A program made the position numbers and the translations under genes. This document shows, one piece after another, positions 1-18,359 of a DNA stretch of 64,000 nucleotides (position 1 is its first letter; each line of letters begins with the position of its first letter). The notes beneath the pieces were generated by a model. The model saw nothing but the letters and a program-made list of their open reading frames with translations, was not told the DNA's origin and did no database searches. The DNA is from the human T2T-CHM13v2.0 reference genome, Homo sapiens, in the NCBI RefSeq assembly GCF_009914755.1, contig NC_060925.1; one strand, given 5' to 3'.

Positions 1-136
<136 letters not shown>

Positions 137-764
137 TAAAAGAATAACATTGTTTTATTACATTGACTGGCTCAGACTTAATTTTACTATATTTTATATG
201 GCTTATGTTAGGCAAACACAAATATGTTCCTTTCACCTCAGATCTTTAATTTGGAAACTGAGATCTAAACTGGAGCTTTTTTGTGTGTATGTAACTCAAG
301 AGGGCAATTGAAACTCTCCCCTTCCAGTAAGTTATATTCTTCTTTCTCTGGCTTGCTTTAGGCAGCCCTTTAGGCAGTCCGTTTATTCTAGGAGGGAGGC
401 TTTCCAGCATTATAAATGGTATGAACTAGATTATTAATTTGTTTTAATTTTCTGATTGGCAGTTAAACTAAGCGAGGTATATTTGGGTTCTACTAATACA
501 GGCTCTAGAGGTTTCACAGCCCCCAGGCTACTTTTGGAAGTGTGCTATTTGCTGTTGCCTGGCTGGCATCCATATCCATTTGTTAGGACATTCTGGCCAT
601 TGTGCCCAGCAGAAAAAACACGTGGAAGAGAACTCTCCTCCAGATGCCCATGGGAGAAAGACCAATTAGTTTACCTTCTATTTCAGAGGAATATCCCACA
701 AATTCACTAAATGCTATACACAAAACATCTGTCACAGCTATTTACCATCCTTTCTCCTACACAT

Positions 765-978
765 GTTTTTTTTTTTTTTTGAGATAGGATCTCACTGTTT
801 TGCCCAGGCTTGAGTGTAGTGGCGTGATCACAGCTAACTGTAGACTCTACCTCCCCAGGCTCAGGTTTTCCTCCCACCTCATCCTCCTGTGTAGCTGGGA
901 CTACAGGCGCATGCCACTATGCCTGGCTAATTTTTTAATTTTTTTGTAGAGAGGAGATCTCGCCATGTTGCCCAGGCT
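765..978 (-). mobile_element. AluJ-like, partial
   Basis: Poly(T) plus Alu right arm. Confidence 0.85.
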
Positions 979-1334
979 GACACAAGTTTAGTAATAGCGG
1001 TCAAGCTATTACTAAATGATGGTTTGTGATATTGATTGACTCTACTATCTGATCTGCTTTTAGTAGAGAAGTTCAAGGACCCAGATGGCTAATTGTCCAG
1101 TAAGCTGGAGATGATGACATGGGTCCAGTGCCCCCGTGCCTACACCTAAGGAGTATGCTGCTTCTTGTGGTCACTAATGCATACTCTGCCTTGACCTACA
1201 GTGTCCCAGGTATTACTCTGTTTTGGAGAACTACTTACTATCAAATGACTAATAGACAACATTATATTTAAGTAGGTTTATAAGCTCCCATGGTATTATT
1301 TTCAACTTTTAATGTTATAAAAAATAAGGGGATC

Positions 1335-1739
1335 GATAGACTGGATTAAGAAAATGTGGCACATATACACCATGGAATACTATGCAGCCATAAAAAATGA
1401 AGAGTTCATGTCCTTTGTAGGGACATGGATGAAACTGGAAACCATCATTCTCAGCAAACTATCGCAAGGACAAAAAACCAAACACCACATGTTTTCACTC
1501 ATAGGTGGGAATTGAACAAGGAGAACACATGGACACAGGAAGGGGAACATCACACTCCGGGGACTGTTGTGGGGTGGGGGGAGGGGGGAGGGATAGCATT
1601 AGGAGATACACCTAATACTACATGACGAGTTAATGGGTGCAGCACACCAACATGGCACGTGTATACATATGTAACAAACCTGCACATTGTGCACATGTAC
1701 CCTAAAACTTAAAGTATAATAATAATAAAATAAAATAAA
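1335..1739 (+). mobile_element. 5'-truncated L1PA (PA4/5-like) 3' end
   Basis: ORF2 C-terminus, G-rich 3' UTR and A-rich tail; sense to MACO1; no clear TSD. Confidence 0.9.
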
Positions 1740-2647
1740 GAATACTATGCAAAGAATATAGGTTTTTAAATCACACCTTGGTTGGATCCTGGACCTTCTA
1801 TTTACTGTCTGAGTGGCCTTGGGCATATTATTTGACCCCTCTGATTTCCATTTCTTGGAAAGTTGAGATAAAACTAATAGAATAGTGCTGTTGTTAAGGT
1901 ACAGGCATTCAATAAATGTTGGTTCTCTTCCTTCCCCCCCCTCAAAAAAAAGGGTGATGTAAATATCCAATAATGGGAGAAATTTAAAATAAATTATGGT
2001 CCATCCATTTGATAAACTTTTCATATAGATACTATAAAATCATACTTTCAAGCCATATTAAAGAACATGGGGAAGTATGTCAAAGCATTTCATGAATAAA
2101 GGAGAAAGCAATTTAATGAAAAACAATTTTTTCTAATATACATAGAAAAATGATTTAAAGGGAAAATAACCAAATTGTTAACAATAGTTGTTATCCCTTG
2201 ATAGTATTGGGCATTTATTTTTTCTTTTTATTTTCATACATTTTCACATTTTTCTATGATGAACAGCAATGAAAGAGTTTAAAAGGAAAGGCATCTATCT
2301 GAGCAGATTATCCAGCTTGGTTGGAGGAGGTCTTATCTTACTTCCTCCCACCCTTCCTTAGCCGTCGCCTCTGTTTCCTCATTTGACTTCATGTATGTTT
2401 TGATCCATGTCAATAAGATTGTGACTGATTCAAACCTGACATGTTTGAGTTGTTAGCTAGAGAGTGGGTTTGTTATCCAGATGGAGCAGCCTGGACTCAG
2501 CAGTCTCTAAGACCCCTTCTGATGCAAACATACAGGGCTGACAGTATGTACATGCACTGTTTGCTTCTGCAGGCATACTTGGGGTGGTGCACAGTTTCAG
2601 GCCAACAAACTTCCCCAGGGATGCTTTAGCGATAAAACTGATCTCTC

Positions 2648-2873
2648 CTTTTTTTTTTAATTTTAGATTTAGGAGGTACACGTGCATTCATATGCAGGTT
2701 TGTTGCAAGGGCATATTGCATGATGCTGAGCTTTGGGCTTCTATTGATCCCATCACCTAGACAGTGAACATAGTACCCAATAGGAAGGTTTTTCAGCCCT
2801 TGACTGCCTCCCTCTCTTCCTCCTTTTCAAGTCCCTAGTGTCTGTTGTTCCAGTCTTTCTGTCCGTGTGTCCC
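2648..2873 (-). mobile_element. Old L1PA (PA15/16-like) 3' end
   Basis: Poly(T), then tgcaggtttgttgcaagggcatattgcatgatgctgag...catagtacccaatagg. Confidence 0.75.
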
Positions 2874-3149
2874 TAAGTTGATCTACCCTTTTCTAAGTGT
2901 TGAAGACAAAATTTGAAAACCAGTACTATATTAACTAACCAGTAACTCTACTGTAATAATATAGATTAATTGCAACACATTCTACAGCTATGTCTGTCTG
3001 AAAACTGTGGGTGAGAACTGCTATTTTTGAGAAACCAATTCAGTGACTTTTGGGGGGAAAATTCATTACTGCTCCACCAGTTTCAAGGAGAATTCTTATA
3101 GCTCGGTTTGGCTGTCCAATTAAGGTTTGATGGCTATTCCCTGTAAAAG

Positions 3150-3222
3150 GGCGGGTCTTTTACAAGCTGGCGGGTCTTTTACAAGGGCGGGTCTTTTACA
3201 AGTCTGGCAGGTCTTTCTCAAG
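3150..3222 (+). repeat. Four-copy 17-mer minisatellite GGCGGGTCTTTTACAAG
   Basis: Copies at 3150, 3169 and 3186 (exact) and 3206 (diverged). Confidence 0.9.
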
Positions 3223-3262
3223 CTCTCTCAGCTCCAGGGATATTCTTTAGTATGCTGTATAC

Positions 3263-3486
3263 CATGGGTTAGCAAACAACAGCACACAGGCCAAATCTGG
3301 CCCACTGCCTGTTTTTGTAAAAATAAATTTTACTGGAACACAGCCACTCTCATTCATTTACATCATATCAATGGCTGCTTTCGTGCTACAGTGGCAGGGC
3401 TGAATAGCTGCCACAGAGACTATGGCCTGCAAAGCCAAAAGTATATACTGTCTGGCCCTTTACAGAAAAAGTGTGCTGACGTCCAT
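3263..3486. mobile_element. MER58A (hAT-Charlie MITE)
   Basis: ggccaaatctggcccactgcctgtttttgtaaa...tctggccctttacagaaaaag. Confidence 0.85.
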
Positions 3487-4234
3487 CATATAGTAGTCAC
3501 TTGTTTTGACGATCTTTCCCCCTTATTAGATTGTGAGTTCCAGGGGGCAGAAGCTGGTTCTCTTCATTTTTAATATCTCTCTACAAAAATAGAGTGCTTA
3601 GTGAATGTTGAATCAATGAATGATATATGGTGACAAGGAACTGGGTGAATGGAAGAAGCTCTGCTTTACAAGGAAATACAGGAGAAAGTGGAGCAGAAGA
3701 TGCTGGGTAGATTGCTAAGGTAAAGAAATGTGGAGGAAGGTGAGGAACCTGGGAATAAATAGGTGTTGCCTATAGGGTCCTTTCCTAGAAAGTTTGGGAA
3801 CTTGCCAAAGGCAGTCTGGAGTACTCTGTTGGTTTTAGAAACATATACCTTACAAAATGACCCTGTTTTCTACCAGCTTGATTTCTGAATTGTTTACCTA
3901 AGATATTTAAAAACAGACTTAATGTTGGAAGCCAAAAATGGTTTTGATTCCAACATGAGAAAAATTCTAGTCAAAAACAGAAAAAGCAATGAGGAAGATC
4001 AGTTGTTTTAACTAAGTACTAAGTTGCAAAGGAATAATATAAATTAGAATAAGGTTGGTTTAAAATTTTTCCTCAGTGGTCAATTAAAAATATTTTAAGT
4101 GTGAAAAAATTCATTACAATTTTAGATAAAGGAAGAGAAAATAGTCCCACAATCATGATACAAATTGCTGTTAAAATTTTGTTGTCTTCTCTTAGGCTAA
4201 TTATATATAGTTGTCATCATAGCATTTTATAGTG

Positions 4235-7260
<3,026 letters not shown>

Positions 7261-7380
7261 GTCCTGCTTTTTTCACTTAAATTATATAAAAATCATTTTC
7301 TCAACTTAGTCTAACACTCATTTTTACATAGGATGGAATATTCCATGGCAGGCCAGTGCGATCATTCAGAAATCATGCTC

Positions 7381-7681
<301 letters not shown>

Positions 7682-9239
7682 TCACTCTCTAAGATCAGGC
7701 AGAGCAGGGTGCGACACCTGAACTGCTGTCCTGAAGTTTCAAGGCCTGCAGAGGAATCAACAATTTTGTTTGTACTTGCCACAAGGTTCCCTCTCAAAAC
7801 AGCCCAAGACCATGTGGTTTCTTGTCGGCAATTGTTACTTCTTTCAGTTTCCTTGTTAAGGGAGAGAATTTAACACTTTGAGTTAACAAAATACTAAGTG
7901 ATCCATAATCTGCAGAAATGTTAAAGCAAACGTCTCTTCTCTGTTTATTTCCATTCCACTGCCTTTTTTGTTAAGACAGATTCATCTTTTTTATTATAGT
8001 GTTTATTTTTAATATGGTATCAACCCTTTAAAGTAGTTGAATTGTATCTGGTATAAAGAGTCATAAAGGAAATGTATCCAGAGTTTGCTTGGTAGAGTAC
8101 CATTTAATAAAACTGAGTAGAAATTAGAATGATGATTTTTTTTTTTTTTTTTGCAAGTAGAAGAGATCTAAGAGCTATCTAGACCAGCTTCCTTGAACTC
8201 TGTTGTTTTTCATTTTTATCAATGAAGTAAATGAACCCTAGAAGATTACATGGCTGGTGTGGGTGACCAAGCTAGGGTGACGGTGCCAGGACCAGAACTG
8301 AAGTTTTTTGACTTCTGGAACCCTTTCTGTTACACCATAGTACTTTAAAAAATTTTTATCAACTTGCTTGCTTTTTCTGCTTTATATTTTTTTGGCTTTT
8401 TGTTTTGAATGCAAATACAACTAACATTGGCCCAAGGATTGGCACTAGAATGAGATTCTAGGATCTCATGGCTAAAATCTGTAGAAAAATTGGTTAGAAT
8501 TTCAGATTTTTTTTTTCTACTAGAGAGGTGCTGTTGTGTGTTAAAAATTCTTGCTCTTGCCAAAGACACATGAGTGTACTTACTTATCTCTAAATAGAAG
8601 GGAGCCAGCTGCTTGTGTCCTTGAAAGCTTACAGGATCTCTGAGACTTCAACTCTGGTTAGGGCTAGCTTGGGAATTGGTCTGGTCCAGACAGCCTAGAG
8701 CCCCACAGCATGGGAATTGTTCTTTATGTCTGGAGTAGGCTTAGCTTGGCAGCAGCAGATTTAAGAGCCCTGAACTAGAAGACTTGAGACCAGAGATGTA
8801 ACCGTCAACTTACCCTGCAGAGAGGCCACCATTAACCTGGTTCCTCATTCTTGCTTCGAAGGCCTAGAGTCCTGGGGTGTGCACATTGCCATGATGGTGA
8901 GCTCCTAGAAATTTTGAAGCCATGGAAAAGAAAGTGCCTTTTCTTAAGGAGAATATGGAAATCTGGGTAAAGTGTAATATATTGAATACTCACTCTTTTA
9001 TTCCGCTCCAAATTCATTTGGTTATTTTAGGCACATCAAAATGATATTACTTATAACTTGGTTTGCTCCCATAATTAGTTCTGTTTAGAGACTTGAGAGC
9101 CTGAAAGGAAATGGGGAAAACATTGCTCAGGATTTTTTCAGGAATCTCTAAGCAACTGGTAGACCTGCCTCAGAGAAGAGGGAGGCATAGAGAGGCACTT
9201 TGGGAGATTTTAACTCATTTGTTTACACTGAGGAGTGTT

Positions 9240-9543
9240 TTTTGGTTTTTTTGTTTTGTTTTGTTTTTGGAGACGGAGTCTCACTCTGTCGCCCAGGCTG
9301 AAGTGCAGTGGCGCCATCTGGGAAACTTCACCTCCCAGGTTCAAGTAATTCTCCTGCCTCAGCCTCCCAAGTAGCTGGGATTACAGGCAGTGCCACCACA
9401 TCTGGCTAATTTTTTTATTTTTTTTAGTAGAGACGGGGTTTCACCATGTTGCCCAGGCTGGTCTCGAGCTCCTGACCTCAAGTGATCTGCCTGCCTTGCT
9501 CCCAAAGTGCTAGGATTACAGGCGTGAGCCACCACACCTGGCT
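9240..9543 (-). mobile_element. AluS
   Basis: Dimer; TSD TGAG(G/A)AGTGTTT. Confidence 0.9.
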
Positions 9544-10034
9544 GAGAAGTGTTTAACTTATACTCATATTCAAGTACTAATTTAAATTAACAAATCTGAA
9601 TCTAGAGAAATATTTTTAGAGCATATATATTGATAACAACATAATCTATAAATAAGCTATGTAATGTTCTAGTCATCAGTGAGTATGTTGATTAGTATTG
9701 TGTTGTCTGTGATACGAGTTTTTGTGACTCATTCCTTTCTGGTTTAAGTTGGTGAGTGAGCAAAGTGTCATTGCCCTTCATTGTACTTTCTAGCCCACTT
9801 AAACCTTGTATTTATGTTTTATGATTTTAAAACATGAATCTGCCCTTTTTTCCTTAAAAGGGCAGATGAAGATAGCAAATGTTAAAAACGATCAGCTTTC
9901 CTCTGTGACTAGACTTTCCTGATGGCACACATTGCTCAAATGTGGCTTGACTAGGAATTCACAGACTTTCATACTTCTGAATTTAACCTTGTCTTCCAGC
10001 TACCAGCATTTAATACTGCTGTGTAACCTCTGAC

Positions 10035-10326
<292 letters not shown>

Positions 10327-11147
10327 AACCTCTGACTTTTATAAGACTCCTTGGTGTATTTGGTCTTGCAGTTTAGGAAAAAACTAAAGTAGATGTTTTA
10401 GGGTACTTATTTTTTGTTTCTCCACATTATAAGATGTCTACACCCAATTTAAAATTACACATTTGTTGAATAGAAAGGACTATATTTTTAGATACTGATT
10501 TTTCATAATCAGTGGATTCAATATGATTTGGTGTGAATAACTATAAAACAGAGCAAAGTGAAGAGAGAATCCAAGATGTCCCTATTTTGTGATCTTAGAG
10601 AAACATTTCAAAGCCACTAGCAAATTTGGGGGCTAATGCTATTTACTATCTATCTTTCTATCATTCTTTATCTCTTGTAGGGAACTGGCCTGGGTCAGGG
10701 TTAGGAGTGGTTGAGGCTGGCTCCTAGCTCCAGGGCAAGAGAGAAAGTTGCAACAGAAGGTGGAGAAGAAGATTCAGAGCATGTAGCCCAAGGTTGTTAA
10801 TAGGCATGAAGCAAGAATAGAATCCAAAGCTGGGACCTGACCATTGGGTTGAAGCAAGACAGAGCGGTCAGTTTAGGAGACAGAGCCTGTGAGCATTCCC
10901 TGGACTGGTAACCCAGGGGCAGGTGGCCTTTCATGGAGGATTCCATCCTTCTCCCAAGGCCCTGATGAGTCCTTAGTGGGGAACCACAGTAGTTAAGTGG
11001 GAAAGATAACAAACAATTATCTTGAAAGGTGCAAGCCCATCTTAAGGTAATTAAAGGAACCCAAGATTGTCTGCTAAAGTGGGGTGGGGAGGGGGCAGGT
11101 AGCAAAACAGATTGTATAGTATGAATCCATGGAAAAATATGGGTAGG

Positions 11148-11764
11148 GGCCGGGCTCAGTGGTTCACACCTGTAATCCCACACTTTGGGAGGCTGAGGCA
11201 GGTGGATCAGTTGAGGTCAGGAGTTTGAGACCAGCCTGGCCAACATGGCGAAACCCCATCTCTACTAAAAATATAAAAATTAGCTGGGCGTGGTGGCATG
11301 TGCCTGTAGTCCCAGCTACTCAGGAGGCTGAGGCACGAGAATCACTTGAACCTGGGAGTCAGAGGTTGCAGTGAGCCAGGGTCGCACCTCTGCACTCCAG
11401 CCTGGGCCACAGAGTGAGAACCTGTCTTTAAAAAAAATTAAAAATATATATGGGTAGGGCCGGGTACGGTGGCTCACACCTGTAATCCCAGCACTTTGGG
11501 AGGTCAAAGCAGGTGGATCACATAAGGCCAGGAGTTCGAGACCAGCCTTGCCAACATGGCAAAACTCTGTCTCTACTAAAAATACAAAAATTAGCTGAGT
11601 GCAGTGGCGGGTGCCTGTAATCCCAGCTACTCAAGAGGCTGAGGCATGCAACTCACTTGAACCTGAGAGGCAGAGATTGCAGTGAGCAGAGATCGTGCCA
11701 CTGCACTCCAGCCTGGGCGACAGAGCAAGACTCTGTCTCAACAAAAAAAAAAAAAGAAAGAAAG
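11148..11764 (+). mobile_element. Two tandem AluS elements
   Basis: Dimers starting at 11148 and 11458 that share a target site. Confidence 0.9.
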
Positions 11765-12595
11765 AAAAATATGGGTAGATATATTTCTCATGTGCACAGA
11801 AAATTACTTGAAATATATACCAGATGGTCAATTGTAGTTGGCTGCCAGAGACATTTACTTTCTGCATTGTTTATTTCTGCATAGTTTAAGTTTTTATAAC
11901 ATGCTTATTATACCATAATAGAATGTAAGCTCAGTAAGGACAGGGAACTTATTTTCACTGGTTTGTCACAGTACACAGTGCTTGGCTAGCACAGAGTAGA
12001 TACTCAGTAAATACTTGTTGAATTAATAAATACTACCTTTGTGCAGGGAAAATACTAGGAAGCAGGGAGGGTGGCACCCAGTAATTTTATCACAGTGCAA
12101 CTCAAAGGCTTTTGAAGTTAGAAAACCTGAATATCACATTAGACCCAATCGAGGACTGCACATCCAGTGTCAAACTCTTTGTTATTTTTGAGGTTATTAA
12201 TAATTTTATTTCTAAATAGAAAGTCTCTTTGCTCCAAACCCCTTTTCTTGGTATTTCACAGAAAGTTTTAAAATCCAGCACTCCGTCAGTAGTTTTTCCC
12301 AAGGCTTTGAAAGAGGTGTAAGAATTTCTGGAAGTTACAAGGGAAAAGAGGAGAAAAGTCCTCTGAGACACTGTTGTCAAAAAAGGCATTTGCTCTGGCA
12401 GTGGGGTTGGTTGTGCTTCAGGGCCAAGGAATCTAGACAGAAGCCTCATCTCAGCCAGGAACAGGGAAGATAATCTCAGTTTGCCTTGTCTTATTCATCT
12501 TTTCTGGTGGGTCTAGCCCTCTCTCTCCTCGCCAGTCCCAGATCATTCTTTGTCTTTGTGGTAGCTGGAAATACAGCTCAGATCCCACATTAAAA

Positions 12596-12928
12596 AAATA
12601 TATATATTATACTTTGAGTTCTGGGATACATGTGCATGAGTTCTGGGATACATGTGCAGAATGTGCAGGTTTGTTACACAGGTACATACATGCCATAGTG
12701 GTTTGCTGCACCCATCAACCCGTCATCTACATTAGGTATTTCTCCTAATGCTATCCCGCCCCTAGCCCCCCACCCCTCAACAGGCCCCGGTGTGTGATGT
12801 TCCCCTCCCTGTGTTCATGCGTTCTCATTGTTCATCTCCCACTTATGAGTGAGAACATGCGGTGTTTGGTTTTCTCTTCCTGTGTTAGTTTGCTGAGAAT
12901 GATGGTTTCCAGCTTCATCCATGTTTCT
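12596..12928 (-). mobile_element. 5'-truncated L1PA (PA7/8-like) 3' end
   Basis: Antisense TWMKLETIILSKLTQEEKTKHRMFSLISG and 3' UTR. Confidence 0.9.
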
Positions 12929-15459
12929 GTTCCAACCTTCTCTCCAAGGAGATCCTCCAAGTTAGAATATGTGTTTGGCTGCTTTCTCTCTAATGCTACA
13001 GAGAGAATGTTAAATTTGTTTGTTCTCTTCTGCTTTGAATGCATTTTGCTTGTGTCAGGAGTAGTTTGCGGAAGAAAATCTGATCTTGGTAGACAGTGAT
13101 TCAGGCTTTGGGGGTTCCCCTAGCTGCTTTCCCTACAGGTGGCTACACAACAGGGTGCTGACAGATTGCTGCAGAGTCACCTGCTTGACCCCTCCCTGAG
13201 TGATGGCGACCACAGCCGGCCTTTCTACTTCTGTGAGGCATAAAATAATTTTTCGGAACAGCATTATTCTAGCTGAGATATAAAATTATAATAAAAATGT
13301 ATGAAATTTTAGAATGGGAACTGTGAAAACTAGACACTTAGATGTTCTAGCTAGACTAAATTGAATATGTTGGCTATAGCTGCTGCTGAATTATTTGGAA
13401 ATTATCAAGTGGGAAAAAATAAGTAGTAGAGACATCTGTCTAGTAAGTTTAGTGTGTTTTCTGTCTCTGTGGAAACATGTTTTTGATTTATGTTTTTCTA
13501 GCACTATGTCTGAGCAGATATACTTTGTCGGACCTGATTAATTTTCATTTTCTGCTATAACCATAATATTTTCTATACCTATAGTTTGACTTTATATTAA
13601 TATACAATATAGTTTGAGTTTATTTTAACCATTGCAGGAATTTAAAACTATCGTATTCTGGGATATAAATGTGGTAATAGAGGCATGATTTTATACTTAA
13701 ACAGGGTTTTTTGTGGCTTGAAAAACGTGGCATTTTAGAAACTAGGCATAAGTGAATTTAAGCAAACAGTTTACCGAATGTCTCCATATCTAAGAGGCCA
13801 AACAGGAAGGTGATTATGGTGTATGGATAAATTATGAAGTAACATGTAGGTTATTGGGGAGGGGGCTTCTACATAAACATGAAAAAAAAAATTTTTATGT
13901 TGAGTCCCGAGAGTTCATTCTATCAAAACTGATTTCTAGATAGGCTGTTTGAAAGTTTACTCCCTAGAATTGAGAAGGAACTATTACAAAACTTTGAAAG
14001 GCTTTGTGTTAAATTCTGAGTCAGTACCTCTGTTGGCATATAATGAATTTAGTTTTTCATCTAAGGGGGTTAGGGGTGGATTCCCTGAAGGGAAGGTAAC
14101 CCCAAGGAAAAGGAACCATATTCTTTAAATATTATTCATGCTATCATTTAGAAACTGGCTATTTGGATACTTTGCCAGCCAATGTGGGTATATTTCATCT
14201 TTGCAAATCTCTTGGGTACCTCTTAGATCTTTAAAACCAACTTTCAGTTTCTTTTTTATAGGTAGAATGACAACTCTCCTCTATCACAAGGTACATTTCA
14301 CTTTTCTTGTTAGAGTGTTCCAATAGATTCAAAACAGAAACACAAATTAATGAATTAGAAAGGACCATTACTCCCCCCACACTCTGCTCCAGAGCAAGTA
14401 TTGCAGACTCAGACTCCTACAGGAGTGAGTGAGGCAGGCTAGGGTGAGCACTCTGGAGTCTGGCATTGTCATCATTCTCATTCAGTACTGAACCTGACAC
14501 CTAGCATTTGGGGAGCATAAACCCTTCCAAAGGGGACAGCCAGTTGTTGCCATGGGGGATTGTAGGCCCAATGTTGCCAAGTCTTCTGATACTTTGGGGA
14601 GATGCTGAAAATATCTTTACGTGAAACCTCTCAGTTAAAAAACTTTTTTTTTAACATCATGTAGGAGGAGGGTCAAACAAAACATGTTTATGGGTTATAT
14701 TGGCTCACCAGTTTGCAACCTCTGTGCCTCACTTTTTCTGTTATACTTGTGTTTTGCTCCCTCTAGCCCTCTGGCCCCACCAGTGAAAACTTGACTTTCC
14801 TTTAGCAAGGACTTTTCTATTAGGGAATACCTGGTAAATCCTATGAACTAATCTGCCATATATTAATGGGACCTTTTTGCTTTTTCTTCTTCAGTCTTCT
14901 GTGCTCCTAGAAAATAGGCCATGTTGATGGTACCTCTCTAGAGTGAAACACCACTCCCTTTACTGTTAAATTCCCACACCTGACTGTGAGGCTTTCATAC
15001 CGCTTAGAAGGAGAGGGGACAGCCTTGTGATAAGGGTGGTTTGGGGCCTTCTGGCATTCCTCAAACTATACTGTGCAGAGAGCTGCTTACTCCATCTGTG
15101 TCTAGGACTGGTAACTTCTTCTACATCAAGATATTTTTCTACTGTGTTCTCAGAGCACAAAATACACCAAAACTCAGGATGTGGGTCCTGCTTCTTCACA
15201 GACGACACAGGGTTGGCTTAGAATTTGAACTTCGCAGCACCATTTCTTGTAGCGTGTGGTACAGTGAAGTCTCAAGTCAGAGCAGTGCCTCCTCTCCTGC
15301 AGTCAGTGTTGTATGTAACCAAGAGATCTTTCCAAAGAGAGCAGGACAAACAGGACAATAAACTGCAGCTAGAGAATCTAAATTTAGAAAAACTATTATT
15401 TTGATAGGAGCAGATGAATAGGAAGTAGTTGAGGTAGATTTAAAAACTGAGGCATTCTC

Positions 15460-15965
<506 letters not shown>

Positions 15966-18359
15966 GGAAAAAAAGTAAGAGACTTGGATTTTCCCTAAGG
16001 TTTTGGGTTGTTCTGAAACTGCCCTGTTACATGGGCAAATCTGAGAGTGTCAGTGAATGCGGAACAGAATGGGGAGCAGGTTAGTAGTATCCTCTTTTAA
16101 AATTATCGAATAATAATTAAAATGTTAAAAATAAGTTATGCATATTATATCTGATTTTGAAAAGGAAGAGATAACCACTATTTTATATCCTCCCAGCATT
16201 TTTCTCTTGCATATATATTCTTTTTACAAAATTAAGCTCATACTATGTATGTTTTGTAGCTTTTATTTTTCACAGACTCTATCATGAGCATTCTTCCATG
16301 TCATTGAATATTCTTCATTGGTGATTTTTTAATGATTTAATTTTTTAATGACAATCAAATATGAATGTACTGTAATTTAGCCACCCTTCTGTTGACTATC
16401 TAAGTGCTTCTGATTTTTTCTTATTACAACAGACAAGCTTTTACATAAGATATGAATATTAATGACTGCTGATACACACTTGTCAAATCTGACTAGATTC
16501 CTTTATGGACCTTACTAAAATGACTAGTTCTTGGCACTCACAGCTTTATTCTTGAAGAACTTTAAGAAGTCAGTAAGTACCCTATTTCCCTAAATGACCA
16601 GTTGTGTGAAAGTCTCTAGAATTCTTTTCTGTCTCTCTTTGCATTCCTTTAGGAAAATTAATGTGTTTGCCTTTTGTGTTTGACAGATTATGGAGCAGAG
16701 ACATAAAGTACTTTGTAACATGGCTTCACCTAGTAATCAGGTCATCAAGCTCTTGCTTGTTTTTGTACACTTATGCCTTGTAGTCACTACAGTGACACCA
16801 GAGGCAGCTTCATGTCAGTATTTCCAAATCTGTGGTTTATACCTGCTACACTGAAGCAGGGTCATGTTAGTGTAGGCCTCACTTAAGATGGGATATATCT
16901 ACCATATTCTTAAAATACATTTTTCTGTGAATGACCCAAGCTACCTGTCCTGTCAGTGTGAGTGACCTGGAAAGGAGAGAGGGAGGAGTTGGTATAGAGC
17001 GTAATCAGTATTTCTTCTGAGGACAGAGCTTTGATTTATGAGCTCAACTTTCTGCACAGACAGCTGTGTGGTCCTTAAACAAGTCTTGTCTTGTATGATT
17101 AATGTGTACCAGGGGAACTCCTAATGGAACTAGGTACTAATCGAGATGAAGCAGTTGCTCTTCATTAATTCTTTTCATGTGCACCTGCCTTCCTTAAAAG
17201 CAAATGCCCACTTACCCCTGTTCCCTTCAGCCACTATTTAAATTAAAAATCAGATGGTCTGCTGTAGATAGGTTTCCAGAGCCTCTTATGTCGTAACACT
17301 GACCCTGTTCCATTGTGAGCACTGAGGAGATAGACACAGAGTGAAGATTAGTGACATGATCTATAAGGATTGGAAGAAACTTTAGAAATACAGTCCCAGC
17401 TTCTAATTTTGTAGCACAGTCCCTGGCTTCAAAGAACTTATAGTCTTGTTAGAAATACAATACAGTCACAGGAAAAGATTAAACATCAGAACAGCAGCAA
17501 CAAAAAGAAGCCCAGCACAGGGCGATGGTTTGATGCCAAATGTGAAACACTAACATGGAGAGCTTTAGGGTTTTAGAAGGAGAAGAGATATTGGGCACCG
17601 TGTGCTGGAGAGTTTAATTTTTGTTGTTTTTTAACTGAGCCTTGAAGAATGGGTAAGATTGAAAAATGGAGGCCATTCCTCCCAAAGAGGTAACATAGTA
17701 AAAGGCAGAAAATGTCTGGAAAACAAGGAGTGGGTCATTTTGGCTGATGTGAAGGGTTTGTTAGAAAACCTACCTTTCAATTAGTTGGCTGTATAATTTG
17801 GAGATGACTTTTTGAAGCCCCTTCTCCTACAGAGCAAGCAGCAGGGTAAATTCTGTATTGCAGAGCCTAGAGCCTCTCTGTCACTTGCTCTTTAGAGTTC
17901 ATAGATAACCAGCAAAGCTGAGGCTCCTTATCATCCCCAGGGGTTCATGGGGTCCAACCTGCAGCCCACAGACATATATCTTTAGGTGGTTTTCTGGAAT
18001 GGGTATGGGCTGTGACTCATAGTCACCCCTAGGTGAAGTCTTGGCTGAGAAAAAGGTCTGCTTCTTTTTTATAAGACTTGATTCCTGGGGAAATTTACTG
18101 CCCTGATGCCTTAAACTTCCCCTATGCTTTCAGTCAGGCCTCATAAAGCTGAAGTCAGGCTTAAAACCATGAAGTTATTGGCAGTAGCCACTGAAGACTT
18201 TTAAACTTTCAGTGAAGGCATAGTGGTGTGGGCTGTAATTCAGGTAATTCACAAGAGATAAGAATTACAAACATTTAGACATAGTATCTCCCTACCTTTT
18301 CAGATACTTAAAAACAATACCCATTTCAACTAAAAGCTAATACTTAAATACTGTGTTTC

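Noticed and set aside
3150-3222. CRISPR-like array interpretation of the short repeats (also 33139-33221)
   Set aside because: No unique spacers of regular length, no cas genes, and a eukaryotic intronic context.
9845-9912. Acceptor-like ctttttttccttaaaag| as a cryptic MACO1 terminal or poison exon
   Set aside because: No clear donor or nearby poly(A) signal; cannot be supported from sequence alone.
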